DNA of 64,000 nt from Amoeboaphelidium protococcarum X5 (lineage: Eukaryota > Fungi > Aphelidiomycota). Each line of letters opens with the position of its first letter. The first letter of the stretch is position 1. The stretch is from positions 903,147 to 967,146 of the forward strand of contig JALDTO010000155.1 of the NCBI GenBank assembly GCA_023515725.1, written 5' to 3'. The notes beneath the pieces were generated by a model. That model was given only the letters and a program-made list of their open reading frames with translations. It ran no database searches and had not been told where the DNA came from. Below are positions 25,258 to 38,506 of the stretch, in pieces. A program made the position numbers and the translations under genes.

Positions 25258-28200
25258 TATGTTCAGTGACATCTCTGTTCTCCTCAATCTCTTGTAACAG
25301 CAAATGACCATCTTTGACTTCTTTCACAAGATCTTTCACGCGACGCATAACGTCCTGCTTCCATTTAAAAGTCTTTTAGAGGATCTAATTGCGCAATTTT
25401 TCCAGCTTTACAACATTAAAGCCAGCGGATATGTGAACAAACTATTCCAACACTTCTGTCAACTACTCCTTGGTGGGAGCTCGATATGGAATAACAAACG
25501 GCTTCCACACTATAGTCTCTATCTAGCTCTATTCCTTCTCACCCGATTCAACGTTCATATAATTGCTGTCTTCACCATGAAAAACGCTAGTAGACTAGTC
25601 TTTAGTAGAGTGTTAAGTAGGCTCCTCCATGACGGTTGACAGCTAACTCTACTCATTACCAACAGGACTCTATCTAGAGCTAGATGATTATTCAGAGTTG
25701 CTGCCACTATTATTCACAAAATTAGGACTCTATTCATCGTCAGTACTGTCCATAATTACTAACTTACGCGTCACTACCTTAGGGCCATCATTAGAATGAC
25801 CAGAAACAATGGACTTTGATTTCACTTGCAAAATATCCTCATTGACATCCTAATACATGGCACCACTATCTTGGGATGAAGATTACTGAGAGGAAAGTTA
25901 CACATTTACAGCTGAGATTTGCACCTCGTTATCACCAGCTTTATCCTGATCATCACATTGTACAAAAACTTCTCTGCGTACAGCCTCTTCCCTATCTGCC
26001 TTCTTTGATTTCAACGATTTGTAATACTCCATCCTCTGTTCATTAACTTTGGCAATCAGTTTCTCATACTCTGGTCCAAGTCTTTTCTACCTGGCAGCTG
26101 ATTCATTGGCTTACTGTAAGAACTGGGGATCAAATGTTCGAATCCATTCTTCAAGCAGGTCAGAGAGAGCATTCACACTAGACAGACGATACACCTCGTC
26201 ACGTTCATACGCAAACCGTCTGAATCCTTCGACCATTTCCGCAATGTCTTCTTTGAATGGCTTGATTGTCTAGTAGCCGTGGCGCTCAACCTTTTCAAGA
26301 ATGTCTTGTGCATCCATCTTTACTACATCGCCATAATCTTCCAAAGGATTCAGATTCTTCACCACAGCCTTGTACTCTTTACAACGGATAATCTCACTGC
26401 AGAATTCTCTCAACAACATTCGCAGTTTTCTAAATACACTTTCATCATGTTCATACAGCATTTACAATTCATCCACTGTCAAATCACGATGCTATTACTA
26501 TTCAGCTGGTTGAATGGGCGCTATCGGAATTTGCTATTGCTACTCTTACTATTTCAACGAAGGATCCAGTATTAATGGATCAACGGTCAGAGTACCTTCA
26601 TTTATATCCCACTGAATTCCACCAAAGGACTACGTGACTTCTTATGCCAAAGACTTGAAATACTCCAATCTTTAACTTTAAGTGATTTCACCGAGAATAA
26701 AGATTGATGATGCAGAATAATCACCACTACCACTTATATCGTTCTCAACTCCAAAGGCGGCTTTTAATTCCTGAAAATCATCATCATCATCATCTTCAGC
26801 ACTACCCTGGGTACCTGATATATTGTTAGATAAACCGCTTGAGGTAGCCAAGATAAATACACCACACTCCAAAGGTAGAGTCTCTACCAAATCCAGAAAT
26901 AACCTGCGACAAGACTCCCCGAGCCCAGAGTAAAATTGCACCAAAGTCGGTATGAAAATAACACTAGACTTCTGACGTTTACATTCTCTAAAGAAGGAAC
27001 TCAATGCAGCCTCAGCACTCTAATGCTGCTCATTATGAATAACCTCAAAATCAAGCTGGTTAATAACGACATTCTCCAACTTATTCATCGCAGCCAGAGC
27101 CACTTCAACTTGGCCATTTCCAGAGTAAAGGGAATCCACAATAAGCTTATTAGCAAAAGCAGGAACAGTTTGCATAATTTAATCTTACATTGTAAAGATG
27201 GCAGCATTCGAAACATCAAGGCAAGGCATAGAGTCAACCATTATCTAATACAGCTATTCTACGCGATCTGCTAGAAGAGCGTTCATAGAACTAGTCAAAG
27301 GTTTAGCCACTTTAGATTTAGTTCTCTATGTGGATGGAGCAATTTTAGAGAGTGCTTTAATGAAATCACTTCTTTCCACTTGGACGTCATTAACAGATAT
27401 TGCCAATTTCTTATCACTAGTGTATATACCAGGATAACATCTCTCCAGAGCACAAAGAGCAGCTTCGGTACAAAGACCACGTAGATCACTACCACCATAT
27501 CCTCTAGTTACTTCAGCCAGCTCTTCTAACATTTAATCATGTAATGGAGGATTCCACGCCTGTGCATTAATCTAAATGATCTTCTTTCTAGCTCCCATGT
27601 CGGGAAGAGAGAACAGAAATTCACGATCAAATCTTCCAGTTCTTCTCAGAGCAGGATCAATAGCGTCTATACGATTAGTTGCACCAATGACGACAATGTT
27701 ACCTCTAGAATCCAAACCATCCATCAGCGCAAGGAGAGTAGTGACGATACTTGAATGGATTTGATCCTGCTTAGCCGATCGCACAGGAGCAAGGCCATCA
27801 ATTTCATCAAAGAATATAATGGCGGGAGACATCTATCTGGCCTGTTCAAATAGTTCCTTCAGCTAACGCTCAGAATCACCCACCCATTTACTAAGTACAT
27901 CTGCACCTTTCCTCATAAAGAATGCCACCTTCTAATCACCGAAGCTGCACGCATTAGCCAAAGCTCTTGCAAGCAAAGTTTTACCAGTGCCCGGAGGACC
28001 ATGAAATATAACACCACGAGGTGGCACTATACTAAACTTTTCAAAGACTTCAGGATACATCAGTGGAAGCAATACCATCTCTTTCAATGATTTAATATGA
28101 CCATCCAGGCCGCCAACAGAGTCAAAAGTCACGTTGCTATCAACAGCCACGGGATCACTATCTGAAAGCTTCACCTTTCCAGTCTTGTTAAGGAGCAGTC

Positions 28201-29515
28201 GGTCATTGTCGTGAGATCCGCTGGTAAGAGAGGTCATATTCAGCGGCTAGATACCACTACTTCTAAGCTATCCGATCCGTTGGATATCATTCACTTTTCC
28301 AGCAGGAGAACCAAAATCACCATCGTCATCGTCACTATCCGCAGGGCCAATATCACCTTTAGCCTACTTGAACAGAGAGCCAAAGGAGCGAAATCCAGTC
28401 TTCAACAACTGATCCATGTTAAAATCTCTACGATGACTTGAGGATGCCATAGCTTTCCTTCGCAGCTAGTCTTTCCGAGGTGACGCATCATACAAAGGAA
28501 TCCTGACTTTATAATCTATCCTCTCCTACCGAGGCCTCAGTCTATAGCCTCGAGCGTCTGGCGACTCACTTCTCATTCTGTTGGAATTCCTAGTCAGGCG
28601 CCGACCATCCTAGTACCCACCAGAAGGCAAAACTTCTTCGGAGTCATCCTTGACAAATCGCTTTCTCAGCCGATACCCTTTATTACTGTCGACATCCACA
28701 TCTTCTTCCACTGATTAACGTGAAGATTTTCTACCTCCACTCACTCCCTCCAGCTAATCAATATCCTCACCATCTTGATGACTAGTCTCAGTGAAATTGG
28801 AGTTCTCACCCTAATCCTACACACCATCTCCATAGCGTGCCAGATAACGCTACTACCTACTCTTAGCAGTGTCTCGCTTCTACCGTTCCTCCTCCTCATA
28901 GCTAAATTCATCCTAATGTCTACTCTTTCTATAAGAAGAATCACGCTTACTAGATTTACTACCGCCATAGACCACTTGATCAAGATAATTCTCATTCAAA
29001 GAATCTCTGTACCGAGAAGACCGAGGTGGAAGCACTCTCACTGGCTTGACATCATTCTGGTGTGACATGTTCTGAGCAGCATCATCATTATCATCACCAT
29101 TATTCTACGGTGTATCTTATTCATCCTCTTCGTCATCATCTTCAACAATAACTTGCTTTGTCGTAGCAGAAGAAATTTAAGCCTTCCTGGCAGAACTTCG
29201 AGTACCACTACTCTCAAAGAATCCTTTAAAAGATGTATTCTTGTGACGAGTATTAATCCTGGATTCATAATCTGCAGAAGACGGTTAATATGGATCACTT
29301 CTAACACGCTTCGTATCTTCAACATTCAACAAAGATGACAAGGAAGGTTCATATTACCGCTTAGAAGACGATCTAGTTCCATACAATTCTCGTTAATCTT
29401 GATCTCTTTACTCAGCTCCATCTTCAAAATTACTATTCTGGTCACCAGCAACATCACTTCTCTAAATAGAACTTCTCCTTGGTGGCATAAGACTATCCTC
29501 AAAAGGCACCGTCAT
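25196..29515 (-). CDS. YTA7: AAA+ ATPase/bromodomain histone chaperone YTA7/ATAD2 (~1439 aa; alternative start 29488)
   Basis: [71 protein letters not shown] and DPALRRTGRFDREF, then a second degenerate AAA and a bromodomain-like region. All fragments share one frame; TGA at 25196-25198. Confidence 0.93.
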
Positions 29516-30042
29516 CTGGCTATACTTAAAATAGAGACTGAGAAATACAAGAAGAGAGAGCGCGCGGAGTGAAGACTGAAGTTTTGTTCTTTCCCGGCCA
29601 GCCAGTCAGTCAGACGAACGAGCAAGTTGTTGAACGAACCGAGTCGAGAAACGGTGTCGCGTGTTTTAAATGTCGTTTCAGTTTCAAGACAAAGTCCGTG
29701 TTTACTCTGGACCGCATAGAATTTACTTTATAGAATATACTAAATATTATTAAATTACTATAATTGATTAAATTGCTTTTATCTTGATTAATTAAATCAA
29801 CATAATTTCATCTTATTTTCATTTCATACTGATCGGTTTGACAAGACTTCTTAGATCGAACTAAAGCTGTGAGGAATGTTTCAATTTCAATCGCGATGTG
29901 CCAAATCACAATGGGTAACACCATCAGATCATTAATCGGTGTACATTGTCATTCATTACAAGTCACCTTGGAATCTTGAATTATTAAAAGAAGTAATTAT
30001 CCTGAATTGTGAATACAAACAACCATCATAAGTTGAAACGGT

Positions 30043-30858
30043 ATGGATCCAATTCATGATTTGGAGAATCTGATAACGAAAATTACCACCACTGATGATC
30101 TAGAGTAGGTGATTAGGGATGTTTATGATTCCCGTGCAAGTATGCGTCATCCACTGGTAATCGCTAGTGGTGTCGAAGAGATTATTGCAGCTAAAAAGCT
30201 AATGAGTCGCGTGTTGGGTAGCACTAGTGGTCGCGTTTGTCGCTTGCACAATGCATCTTTCGACCCCAACACGCGCAAGCTTTACGCGCATTACTCAATC
30301 CTGTGGGAGTTCAACTTTCCAGTGGTTAGTAGGCTGTCTAGTCACACTTTGGACAAGATGGCTCAATCTGTGGTCAACTCAACTCGTATCTTCCACCCTC
30401 CAATGACCAAGATGGAACAAGTGAGTTCAGTTGACGCTCTCACCGCTGCAAAGACCAGCATTATCGAATTCTTGGTTTTGTATGATCTGGAGCCAGTTCA
30501 GAAGGGAGTCACTTCAGTCACTGAAGTTGGTACAAAGCATTACAAGATTATAGCCGAGAATGTATACTGGATCACCAATCCGTGGTTTTCTCTATTTGCG
30601 CAATTGTTGATAAATATAGTGGACATATTTTGGGTGGTCCCCCTGCTATACTTTTTGAAATACTTTGGTGGCTTAAATATGCAGAAGCAACTCAGCATCC
30701 CCCCAATGATAAAGCAGATTATTGGTATATCCACAAAGGCCACTGCTGGTGAGCAAGGTGAAGCCAACTATCCATGGACAATAGTTTTGGAGAACACAAT
30801 GAAGTGCGCCGTCAGCAAAGCGGCCAAAACTACAGAGAGAGTTTTACGCTGGCCTTGA
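30043..30858 (+). CDS. NTF2/SnoaL-like fold protein with a C-terminal hydrophobic segment (271 aa)
   Basis: MDPIHDLENLITKITTTDDLEQVIRDVYDSRASMRHPL resembles the N-terminus of a fungal NTF2-like family. Hydrophobic stretch LFAQLLINIVDIFWVVPLLYFL. Ends in TGA. Confidence 0.5.
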
Positions 30859-30999
30859 TGAACTTGGCGAGTTGTGGATTATCTTTTTTGCTACCGAGCG
30901 ACTTCTTATTACCGTTTGGCGTCTCTATATCGATGAATGAGTAGAACGACTTTTGTAATACAATGTTATAGCATTAAATCTATTATCTACAATAGTTAT

Positions 31000-33879
31000 T
31001 CACTTTTTAGCCGCCGACAAAGATTCAATGTGAGATCGGATCCATTCAGCGCGACCATTGAATTGCCTTTCCATCTTCAATTATTTCGCAGCGGATCTAT
31101 ACTACTTTTGGCTCTGTTCATACTTGAGATCAATAGTGTTGACAGCATCCTTTATAATGACGGAACTTTTAGTCTACTATCCATGATAAGCTTAATCCAG
31201 CGCGGTCAATGTCTAGTTCAGCGCGCTTTTAAAAGACAAATGATCTTTGATAGAGTATGGAACGTCAGGCAACACATTTGAATAAGCAACTTTGGTATCT
31301 ATGACAGGCCCGATAACCTTCACTTTCAAAGATTAAGCAATGCGTTGAGTGAAATGATATTAGCTATACTGTGGAGGCAGGATCAAATAATCGGAAGCTT
31401 TCACGAGTTTGAGAGCATCATCTACCGCCAGATCGTGATACACTTCAAAATATTTTGTCAAATAGTGGGGCACCTCTGGCATGGTGTAATTGTTAATGGG
31501 AATCCAAGCAGCATTTTCATTCTATCGCGGATTGATTATGACAACTTTAAGCCTGTAAACAAAAGATCTTTGAATATTAAACTTGCCACGATTGATCGCG
31601 ACCAATACGCCATCCACAAACTCCATCAGCCAGTCCATTGCTTTATAGTGAGCTTCCACTGATGCAAATGGATCATACATTGTAATAACCAATCTGTCCT
31701 TGTTGCGATGTATAGTCTCACCGGAATATATACCATTAAGCAATAGATCCAAATGAGGATAGGATAATGATTAGACTGATATCTTACTAGGCGGCAATCC
31801 ATATAAACCTTACAACAATAACGCGTCATGCACACTTGAAGTTATCACAGTATCAGCAGTGAGAAGACTGTACTATTCTTTCATGTACACTTAGTTATGT
31901 TCCATAGAAAGAGATCTTCGCTCATCCCAATGACCTGCACTTATATGCTCCATCTAAATTGTGCCATGTGAACGAATAAGAACCTTGACATTGGATAAAA
32001 ATGATGAACTAGCTTACAGACAGATTTACGTGTGATCTTAATCCGATTGATGAAACAAGCAACGCTTCAAAGCTAGTTCAGGATCACCTTGTCGATGTAA
32101 AATCTCGCAAGCCAAACCATAAGTATCCGGAAATTCCACAATATCAAATGAAGTATTCTAATACAGCAACTAAAGCCCAGCTGCAACCAAATTGTACAAA
32201 TCATCGCGAAATTTGAGTTTAGACTGTTCTAGGATACGTTGCAAATACACAATTTAGATGCGACCATTACCAAGCATTGACTAGCCATCCTTGACATTGG
32301 AGTCGATTGAGTTGCCAATAACCAACAAAATCACATTAAAACCCTATGATACATATTGTGCAACTGCAGAGTGGGCTACTACAGACACTTCAGATAACAC
32401 ATGAGGGAATACACCATCAGTAATTAAGCACACAGTCTACTCTTTTTTGACCGGCTGTTCAGGCTTACGATCAGCCTTCTAAACACTGTCATCGAGTGTA
32501 GGCACTGTGGGAACGTTAAAATCAGCCTTGCCGTGTAGAAGAATCTCCATCTGCTCTCGGGCTTTCATGTGCAAGTAAGGCATATAATCCCACAAGCGAT
32601 CGGTAATGGTGTCATAGTTCTGCATGATTCTAATGACTGCATCTGCAATATAATCAGGACTATCCAGTTCATTAATGACCAAAAATTGTTGCAGCACAGG
32701 ATCGAGAGTATATATCGGACTAGTGGCGCTTGTGAGAGCCGGAATGCCGACAGTAATACTCTCAATAATAGTCATGGGGAAGCATTCAGTCAGAGATACA
32801 TATAAATTGATGTCCATAGACTAAATTAACTAGATAAATTGATCGTGAGGTATAAAGCGCCCATGAGAGATAATTTCACTCTGACAATGCTCCAGATATG
32901 GTAACTTGGGCTTCTCCAGGACGTGAATTTTAATATTGGGAATCCGACATAGCGCCATGATTTGAACAAATACATTTTTATGATTCCAGCTTGAGCCGAA
33001 AACACCAACATTCCATCGCGGCTCTTAAGTGAAATGAGACTATGATGTACTAGCATTCCTTACCGAAGGGTCAAATGCTACCACAGAAGTTATCGCTTTA
33101 GTGCTGTTCATCAAAGTCAATGCTCGAACATTTAGCACGGAATTTACACTTCGTAAGCCAATGGGCATATCGGGGAAGTTCCAAATCTCTACAGCGTCGA
33201 CTCCCATGGCTTTAAAAGAGTTCTCAATGCCATTTTTGACAACGCCAACACGATCGATAACGCCTTCTTGGGCAGCAATGATCATATCATTCACTAGACT
33301 AGCCTCAGCCTCATGGAAAGGCTGAGATATGCTCCCATGATAGATGAATATGATTTATACGTTCGGCATATAATGACGCAGTATGTAAGCAAATTCAATC
33401 ATTCTATTAGGTATACCATTGACTATCACAGTCCGCAGCTTGGATAGAGAGGAGAGCAGCTCCATCAGACGGACTTCATGCAAATCATTCAAAAGACCAG
33501 GTATCTCTAAGACTGGGTAACCTTGGCCGTACGTGGCCTGTCGGATACCATGCCATTCAGGATGGCAAAAGTTTACAATTTCCGTGGAACTTTTAATCAA
33601 ATCTTCCACTGAATCGAAGGTTGACTTGCTAGCAACTCCACCGAATGGCAGAGAGCTGTCAAGCTATAGTTGCTGCGAACAAATTCTATCCTATCCCCAA
33701 ATAGTACTACATTGATTAAAACTCGATAATGACCCAAACCAGAGAAGTGATAGCAGAATGAATGTCAGAACTGCGATTGAGGCATCGCGCCACATGACAC
33801 TTCTACCGCCAAACAAGTAACGCAGCTTGATATTATGCAACATTCTCTACGATCGCCCCACTAAATACATTTTGGCCAT
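31000..33879 (-). CDS. Type II membrane glycosyltransferase with tandem GT-B (GT4-like) modules (959 aa)
   Basis: N-terminal TM IAVLTFILLSLLWF. GT4-type DINLYVSLTECFPMTIIESITVGIP (E-x7-E). A second module begins TVCLITDGVFP. One frame to TGA 31000-31002. Confidence 0.7.
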
Positions 33880-35388
33880 ATTGATCTACTGAAAGCAATT
33901 TTGTTTTTGATGATAGTTATGCGACAGGTGGTCATTAATGATGATATTATGTATGATCGACTTCGTTCTAAATCAGTTTCCATGGCGTCTCCATGTTATA
34001 GAACGGATCAGTTGTCAAGTTCATCATTGTCAGGGTCGAACAATGTCAATTTCATTAAGCAATAACGCTAAGAAAGTCTGAGGCCTCAACTAAAAATATT
34101 CAGTTGCAATCCTACCATGTGTTAAACGTGGATTTCGCCACTCTTGCGGCAGCTAGCGATGAAGAGTTGGAAATTAATGGACGCTCCAAATTTAGAAAAA
34201 ACTCTGGTTCTTCATCACAACTTAAATAGAAAGCCCAAATCGAAAATGTTATTGACGATAGCGATGCAGTAGTATTTGACGTGTCAAATGCCCACTATAA
34301 ATCAATGAAGCTCAAATGACTTTCATGGAGTGTGAAACAGTTTCACAAGTTCTATCTGAAACCAGCGCGCGCTCAAGCGAGCCGATGTTTCAGCGACTCT
34401 CTAGATCGTTTCAGATCTTGAATCAATTTTTACGGTCCATCTTGATGAATTTATCATGTAATTCACATGAAAGTTATATCAGCATAAAGCTTGTACTCTG
34501 AAACGCTACATAATGAAACAGCGATGTAAATCCGACCAGATCTGACCGAGTTGGCTCTGGAGGCCCATCGATTCAAGGCGAGGCCTCGTTTCACAAGTAC
34601 GCGATTGAGTAAACAATGAGATTTTACAACTCCACAATTCCCACAACACATCCTCTCCCTCTTCTTCTTCAAACAACTCTTGCTAGATAATACAATACAA
34701 TGTTATCATACTCTGATGGGTGGTATCTGGTAGTCCATCATCACTGCGATATGCTTCTATCACTGCAGCCTGCCATTGCTTCTATCGCCTCAAGCTTCTA
34801 CTGAGTCCTCACTGAAACCATCCTACACTAGCTGCCTGCCTCTGTCTCCACTGCTCTGCTCTACTCTGATGTTGCTGCATAGTCTAGTCTCTTAACTGCA
34901 TCTATTTCTGTTATACATCACTCTACTTGCCTGCTGAGGTCACTTCCTCCTCCTCCTGTTTATCCGCCTTTCACTCTGGTCAGCTTGTTGTTTCCTGTTC
35001 CTCGTCTACCTGCTTTCGGCTGTAGGTTGATGGCGCTGCTTGACACTTCCACAAGGCTTCATTTGCTGTGCTTACTCGGTACGCTTATCTTTCAGTTATC
35101 TCTTTTTGTAGTGTTCTTTCATTACAGGTGATATGTGTAGGTGTGGTAGATCACAGTGCGTATGATGTCTGCTCTATGTCCTCCTGGTATAGGACTCTAT
35201 GATTTATTTATACCTCGTCCTCCTTGCTTATCATGGTTTTGTCACAGTCCTAGTTCCTCTGTAACATCCTTATGATGTCACAATGTCTATCTTGCTTTCT
35301 GTCGTTGTAAGTCGGTTTCCTCGTCTGATCTCTATAATACCTTTGAGTAAAGTCGCTACTCTAAGACGTTTGTAACAAAGACGACGAA

Positions 35389-35560
35389 AGCACGATAAAA
35401 TAAGGTGCATAAGATATTTAAAAAAAAAGAGAAGCACGATAATTAAAGGTGCATTAAAAAGATAAGATATAAAAAAGAACTTCATTAGCACGATAACTTA
35501 CGATGTCTAATTAAGGTAGCAAGACTTAAGTCTCTACTAGCACGATAATCTACGGTGCAT
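35389..35560 (+). repeat. Four 22-nt semi-palindromic direct repeats AGCACGATAA-N5-GGTGCAT separated by variable AT-rich spacers
   Basis: Units start at 35389, 35433, 35487 and 35539. The first 10 nt are identical in all four; GCAC/GTGC arms are intact in three. Confidence 0.75.
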
Positions 35561-36120
35561 AAAAAATCTGGCCAAATGGACCTTAATGGTACCATGGCCC
35601 ACAACTAATGGAAGCGACTGGGCCCGAGCTGACTGCATGGTGAATCCTCGAATCTGCTACTCTTTCACTGACCGTCGCAATGTTATAGGCTAGTATGTGG
35701 GACTGACGCCGGGTAAGGGGAGCGTTCAGTTAAAACTCACTGTTCGTAAAACCTTCTGGCGCAGAGATGACATGTGGATCCTTGGCAGCAGTTCGGGTCT
35801 GGGTAGTGCCTTTGCACTATTTAATAATGAATGGAATGATTTTATATATTGTACTCATTCCTAATATTTCCATCTTTTTAAGTTTCTCCTTTTGGACATT
35901 ACCACAACCATAGACTTGTGGCATTCTTTCAATACTGGTAGTACAGTACATTGTAAGGATTGTCGCCAAAGATCAATATCAAAGAGAGGCCACTTGGTAG
36001 CATTAAAAGGAAAATGAATTGTAGAACTAATCCGTATACAATCTATCTATATTAATCTACTACTAATTGTCAATCCAAAAAACATATAAAACCAACCACG
36101 AACAGCATCATCAAGCACTA

Positions 36121-38085
36121 TCAATAGTCATGTTTTAACTGATTCCACAACTGGCAATAGTTACCGCGTAGTTCAGTAGTCCGAACCACGGCGTTCGCAT
36201 TGGCAGAAAATTCCATATACTAAATAGCCTGTCTATGTACACCATCAATCATCTCCATGGTCTAGCTGTACTTGGGCCAAACAGGATACTCGATCGCCTC
36301 TCCCATATCGCCGCCAAGATCATGAGGATATGAAGCTGGAGAGGCAACCGTGATGGAGTCGCTTTGAGCATATGCAAAAGACGTCCAATAGTCAATCAGT
36401 ATATGTGACATAGTATGCTCCTCCTTGGTAAATTTGGGCACAATCAGATTGTTTTGCAGACTATGGAACACGTAAGGAAGTTCCATGGCATGACAAACAC
36501 TCTTCGACTTGCATCTTCTCATGAACCAGACTGGAAGGTACTTTGCATGATACTCAAACGAGTACACGTAGATTGCTTATTAGCTAGCCAAAGCTTTGGC
36601 AACCTTTGTCACAGGACATACTGCCATGTAATCAGAAGTAGCATCGACCAGCATGTCCAGATTTCTGTCGACTCTCTTACCATGAGACGGATAAAGTTGT
36701 AGTACTTTAGCTGATGCATCTCTAAACACTCCTTACATTAACAATTTATACATGAATCCATAGAATGGAGGATGCTTTCGACCGAGAAGAGTTCCAAAGA
36801 TTTCATCCAAGAAAGCAGCAACAAAACCAGTCTCATGTTTATTAATGCCCATAAGAATAGGTACTGGTGCAACTTTGCCTACAGTCATCAAATCAAGTGG
36901 CTGATCGACAACTTCCTCCCCGTCGACAACGGGATTCCATAGCAAGAGATCAGCCAAAAATCGCTCCTTGTTGTGTAATGGAATGGGCCACCTTAGATGA
37001 GCAATTTTGATCAACGGCACCTTGCGCATACAATCCATATCATTAGGCTGACAACCTACTCGTTTAGCAAACAGATCGCCAATCTACTCAGCTTCTTCAA
37101 GAGGTCGACAGCGGACTCCAAACACTGGACTCTACATAATGACTCTGCTAAAGAGTCCATATGATTTCGGCATGGTCAAGTGATGACTAATAGACATTGC
37201 CCCTGCAGACTCGCCCCATAGAGTAACTCTATTCTTGTCACCCCCAAACGCTGCGATATTCTCCTGCACCCATTGCATAGCAAATCGTTGATCTAACAAT
37301 CCAAAGTTACCCTTCACCTCTTTCGTAACCAGGAAGCCAAGAGCACCCAATCGATAGTTGATTGACACCACGATAACATCCTTATGATGAACCATGTACA
37401 TTGGGTTCTGCACACCAACCATGTTGCCAGATCCTAACAAAAAGGCTCCACCATGAATCCAAAACATGACAGGCAGCAGTTTACCATCAACCATACGATC
37501 TTTAGTGGGTGTGAAGACATCTACAAGCAGACAGTCTTCAGATTGATGTCCCATGTAAGTCAGCTGTGGACATTAAGCACCAAGGCGAGTTGCATCCCTA
37601 ATTCCATCCCAACCATCATGTTACTAAGGGGCTTTCCATCTCAATTCTCCAGACGGAGATTTAGCATATGGCATGCCAAGGAATTGACGAACGCGATCAT
37701 AAGGTCTTTACACCTTGCCACGAACCAGACCAAGAGAGGTATCTATTACAATCCCTTTACCAATCTAAACAGAGACTTCTTCAGCACTCATCTCTATATA
37801 CTGAGGATCAGCAGTTAAAGTGTAATCTTCAGTAGGAAGTGAGTCCATCTCGTCTACCACGCGGTTTCTAATGTCAGCATCATCAGAATCTTAAGGCTAC
37901 GGAGAGGACTAGAACACAAGTTAAGACACATCACCGGAATCAACAGCGGCCAGATCTTGTTCCAATGCAGATCCAGCATTGATAGGCAAAGCTGAGGGGC
38001 GAGAATCTTTCGAAACTGCAGAGCCGGAAACAGTGACCAAGAGTTGAAACACTAACAGAGTTGCGACACCGTTAAGCTTGAGCAT
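36121..38085 (-). CDS. Secreted type-B carboxylesterase/cholinesterase-family hydrolase (654 aa)
   Basis: Signal peptide, then FLGMPYAKSPSGELRWKAP, SEDCLLVDV, WIHGGAF, NYRLGALGFL, NFGLLDQ, FGGDKNRVTLWGESAG (catalytic Ser) and CHAMELPYVF (His). TGA at 36121-36123. Confidence 0.93.
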
Positions 38086-38506
38086 ACTGATTGATGGTGA
38101 GTACTTCTATATGCTGGTGAGATAATATGAAATTGAACAATCTTAGAAAGAAGATAAGAATCAAAGATATGGCCTATAACGGTAGTTCACAAACATCCGT
38201 GGGAAAATATTGTGCTTGTTTGTCAACATCTAGCTGTCCCCTCTCAACGACAGTTGCCGATAATTATACAAAATTTGACCGGCTGATTTGACTACGTTTT
38301 GTTTGTAGATCATAAACATCAATGCGTTATAAAATTATCCTTTTCTGATACTTGGAGTGGGGTTCGGTAATTGCATATACAGGCAGTTCTTGTCATGCGA
38401 TATAAAGTGAAACAAAAATGAGAATACGCGATGTAATACTATTAAAGACAAGTCAACATTCATTGATATCTCATATCTACCTTGGCAACACGCTTTACGT
38501 ACGTAT

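Noticed and set aside
33919-34620. Coding-like plus-strand sequence
   Set aside because: It needs frame changes, contains TGAs and has no recognisable domain.
35389-35560. CRISPR array
   Set aside because: Eukaryotic context, no cas genes, only four degenerate units, and low-complexity spacers of unequal length. Kept only as a repeat.
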